64,000 bases of DNA from Callorhinchus milii (lineage: Eukaryota): assembly GCF_018977255.1 (NCBI RefSeq), contig NW_024704745.1, positions 58,838,001 through 58,902,000 on the forward strand, in the 5' to 3' direction. A model generated the notes under the pieces. That model saw only the letters and a program-made list of their open reading frames with translations, did no database searches and had not been told where the DNA came from. Shown one piece after another: positions 63,736-64,000 of this stretch (position 1 is the first letter of the stretch; each line of letters starts with the position of its first letter). The translations under genes and the position numbers were made by a program.

Positions 63736-64000
63736 TACTGGAAATGCAGTACTGCTACTAATAGACAGATGTGTTGTATAACTGGATTTACAATTGTTTT
63801 GAATACATTTTGAAATATAACTGGCAATACTGTTACTCAATGAAGTCAGCAATATTTGGGCAACAGTGGGCAAGAGTTATATATCTGTGCTTTGGTTAAG
63901 CTAGGAATTCTATGCAGGGAGAAATGATTTCTTACATTGTATTTCTTTGCTTGAATTTGTTTGTGTTTGGGAGGTGCAGGAGGAAAGGTATACCTTTCCT

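Overview
Vertebrate non-coding genomic DNA, AT-rich with GC-rich islands that are all retroelements. The repeat repertoire (tRNA-headed Deu-domain SINEs resembling SINE2-1_CM/SacSINE1, L2 LINEs with (TTG)n tails, CR1 3' ends with (ATTCTRTG)n-type tails) points to a cartilaginous fish, most likely a holocephalan; this is inferred from recalled repeat consensus sequences, not from a search. I found no convincing host protein-coding exon. Every ORF with recognisable protein motifs is a decayed L2 or CR1 reverse transcriptase/endonuclease fragment, so the window looks like a large intron or gene desert with several repeat-free, enhancer-like blocks. The most notable items are: (1) a TSD-flanked palindromic Penelope-type element carrying two opposed minimal hammerhead-ribozyme cores; (2) a Lep1-like non-autonomous Helitron with two 5' ends; (3) an unclassified dispersed repeat with a ~460-bp tandem, permuted copy; (4) a three-layer SINE/MITE/L2 nest; (5) co-varying SINE/L2 3' stem-loops; (6) a DR2 retinoic-acid element overlapping a TCF/LEF site. 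Boundaries of old repeats are approximate, read by eye.
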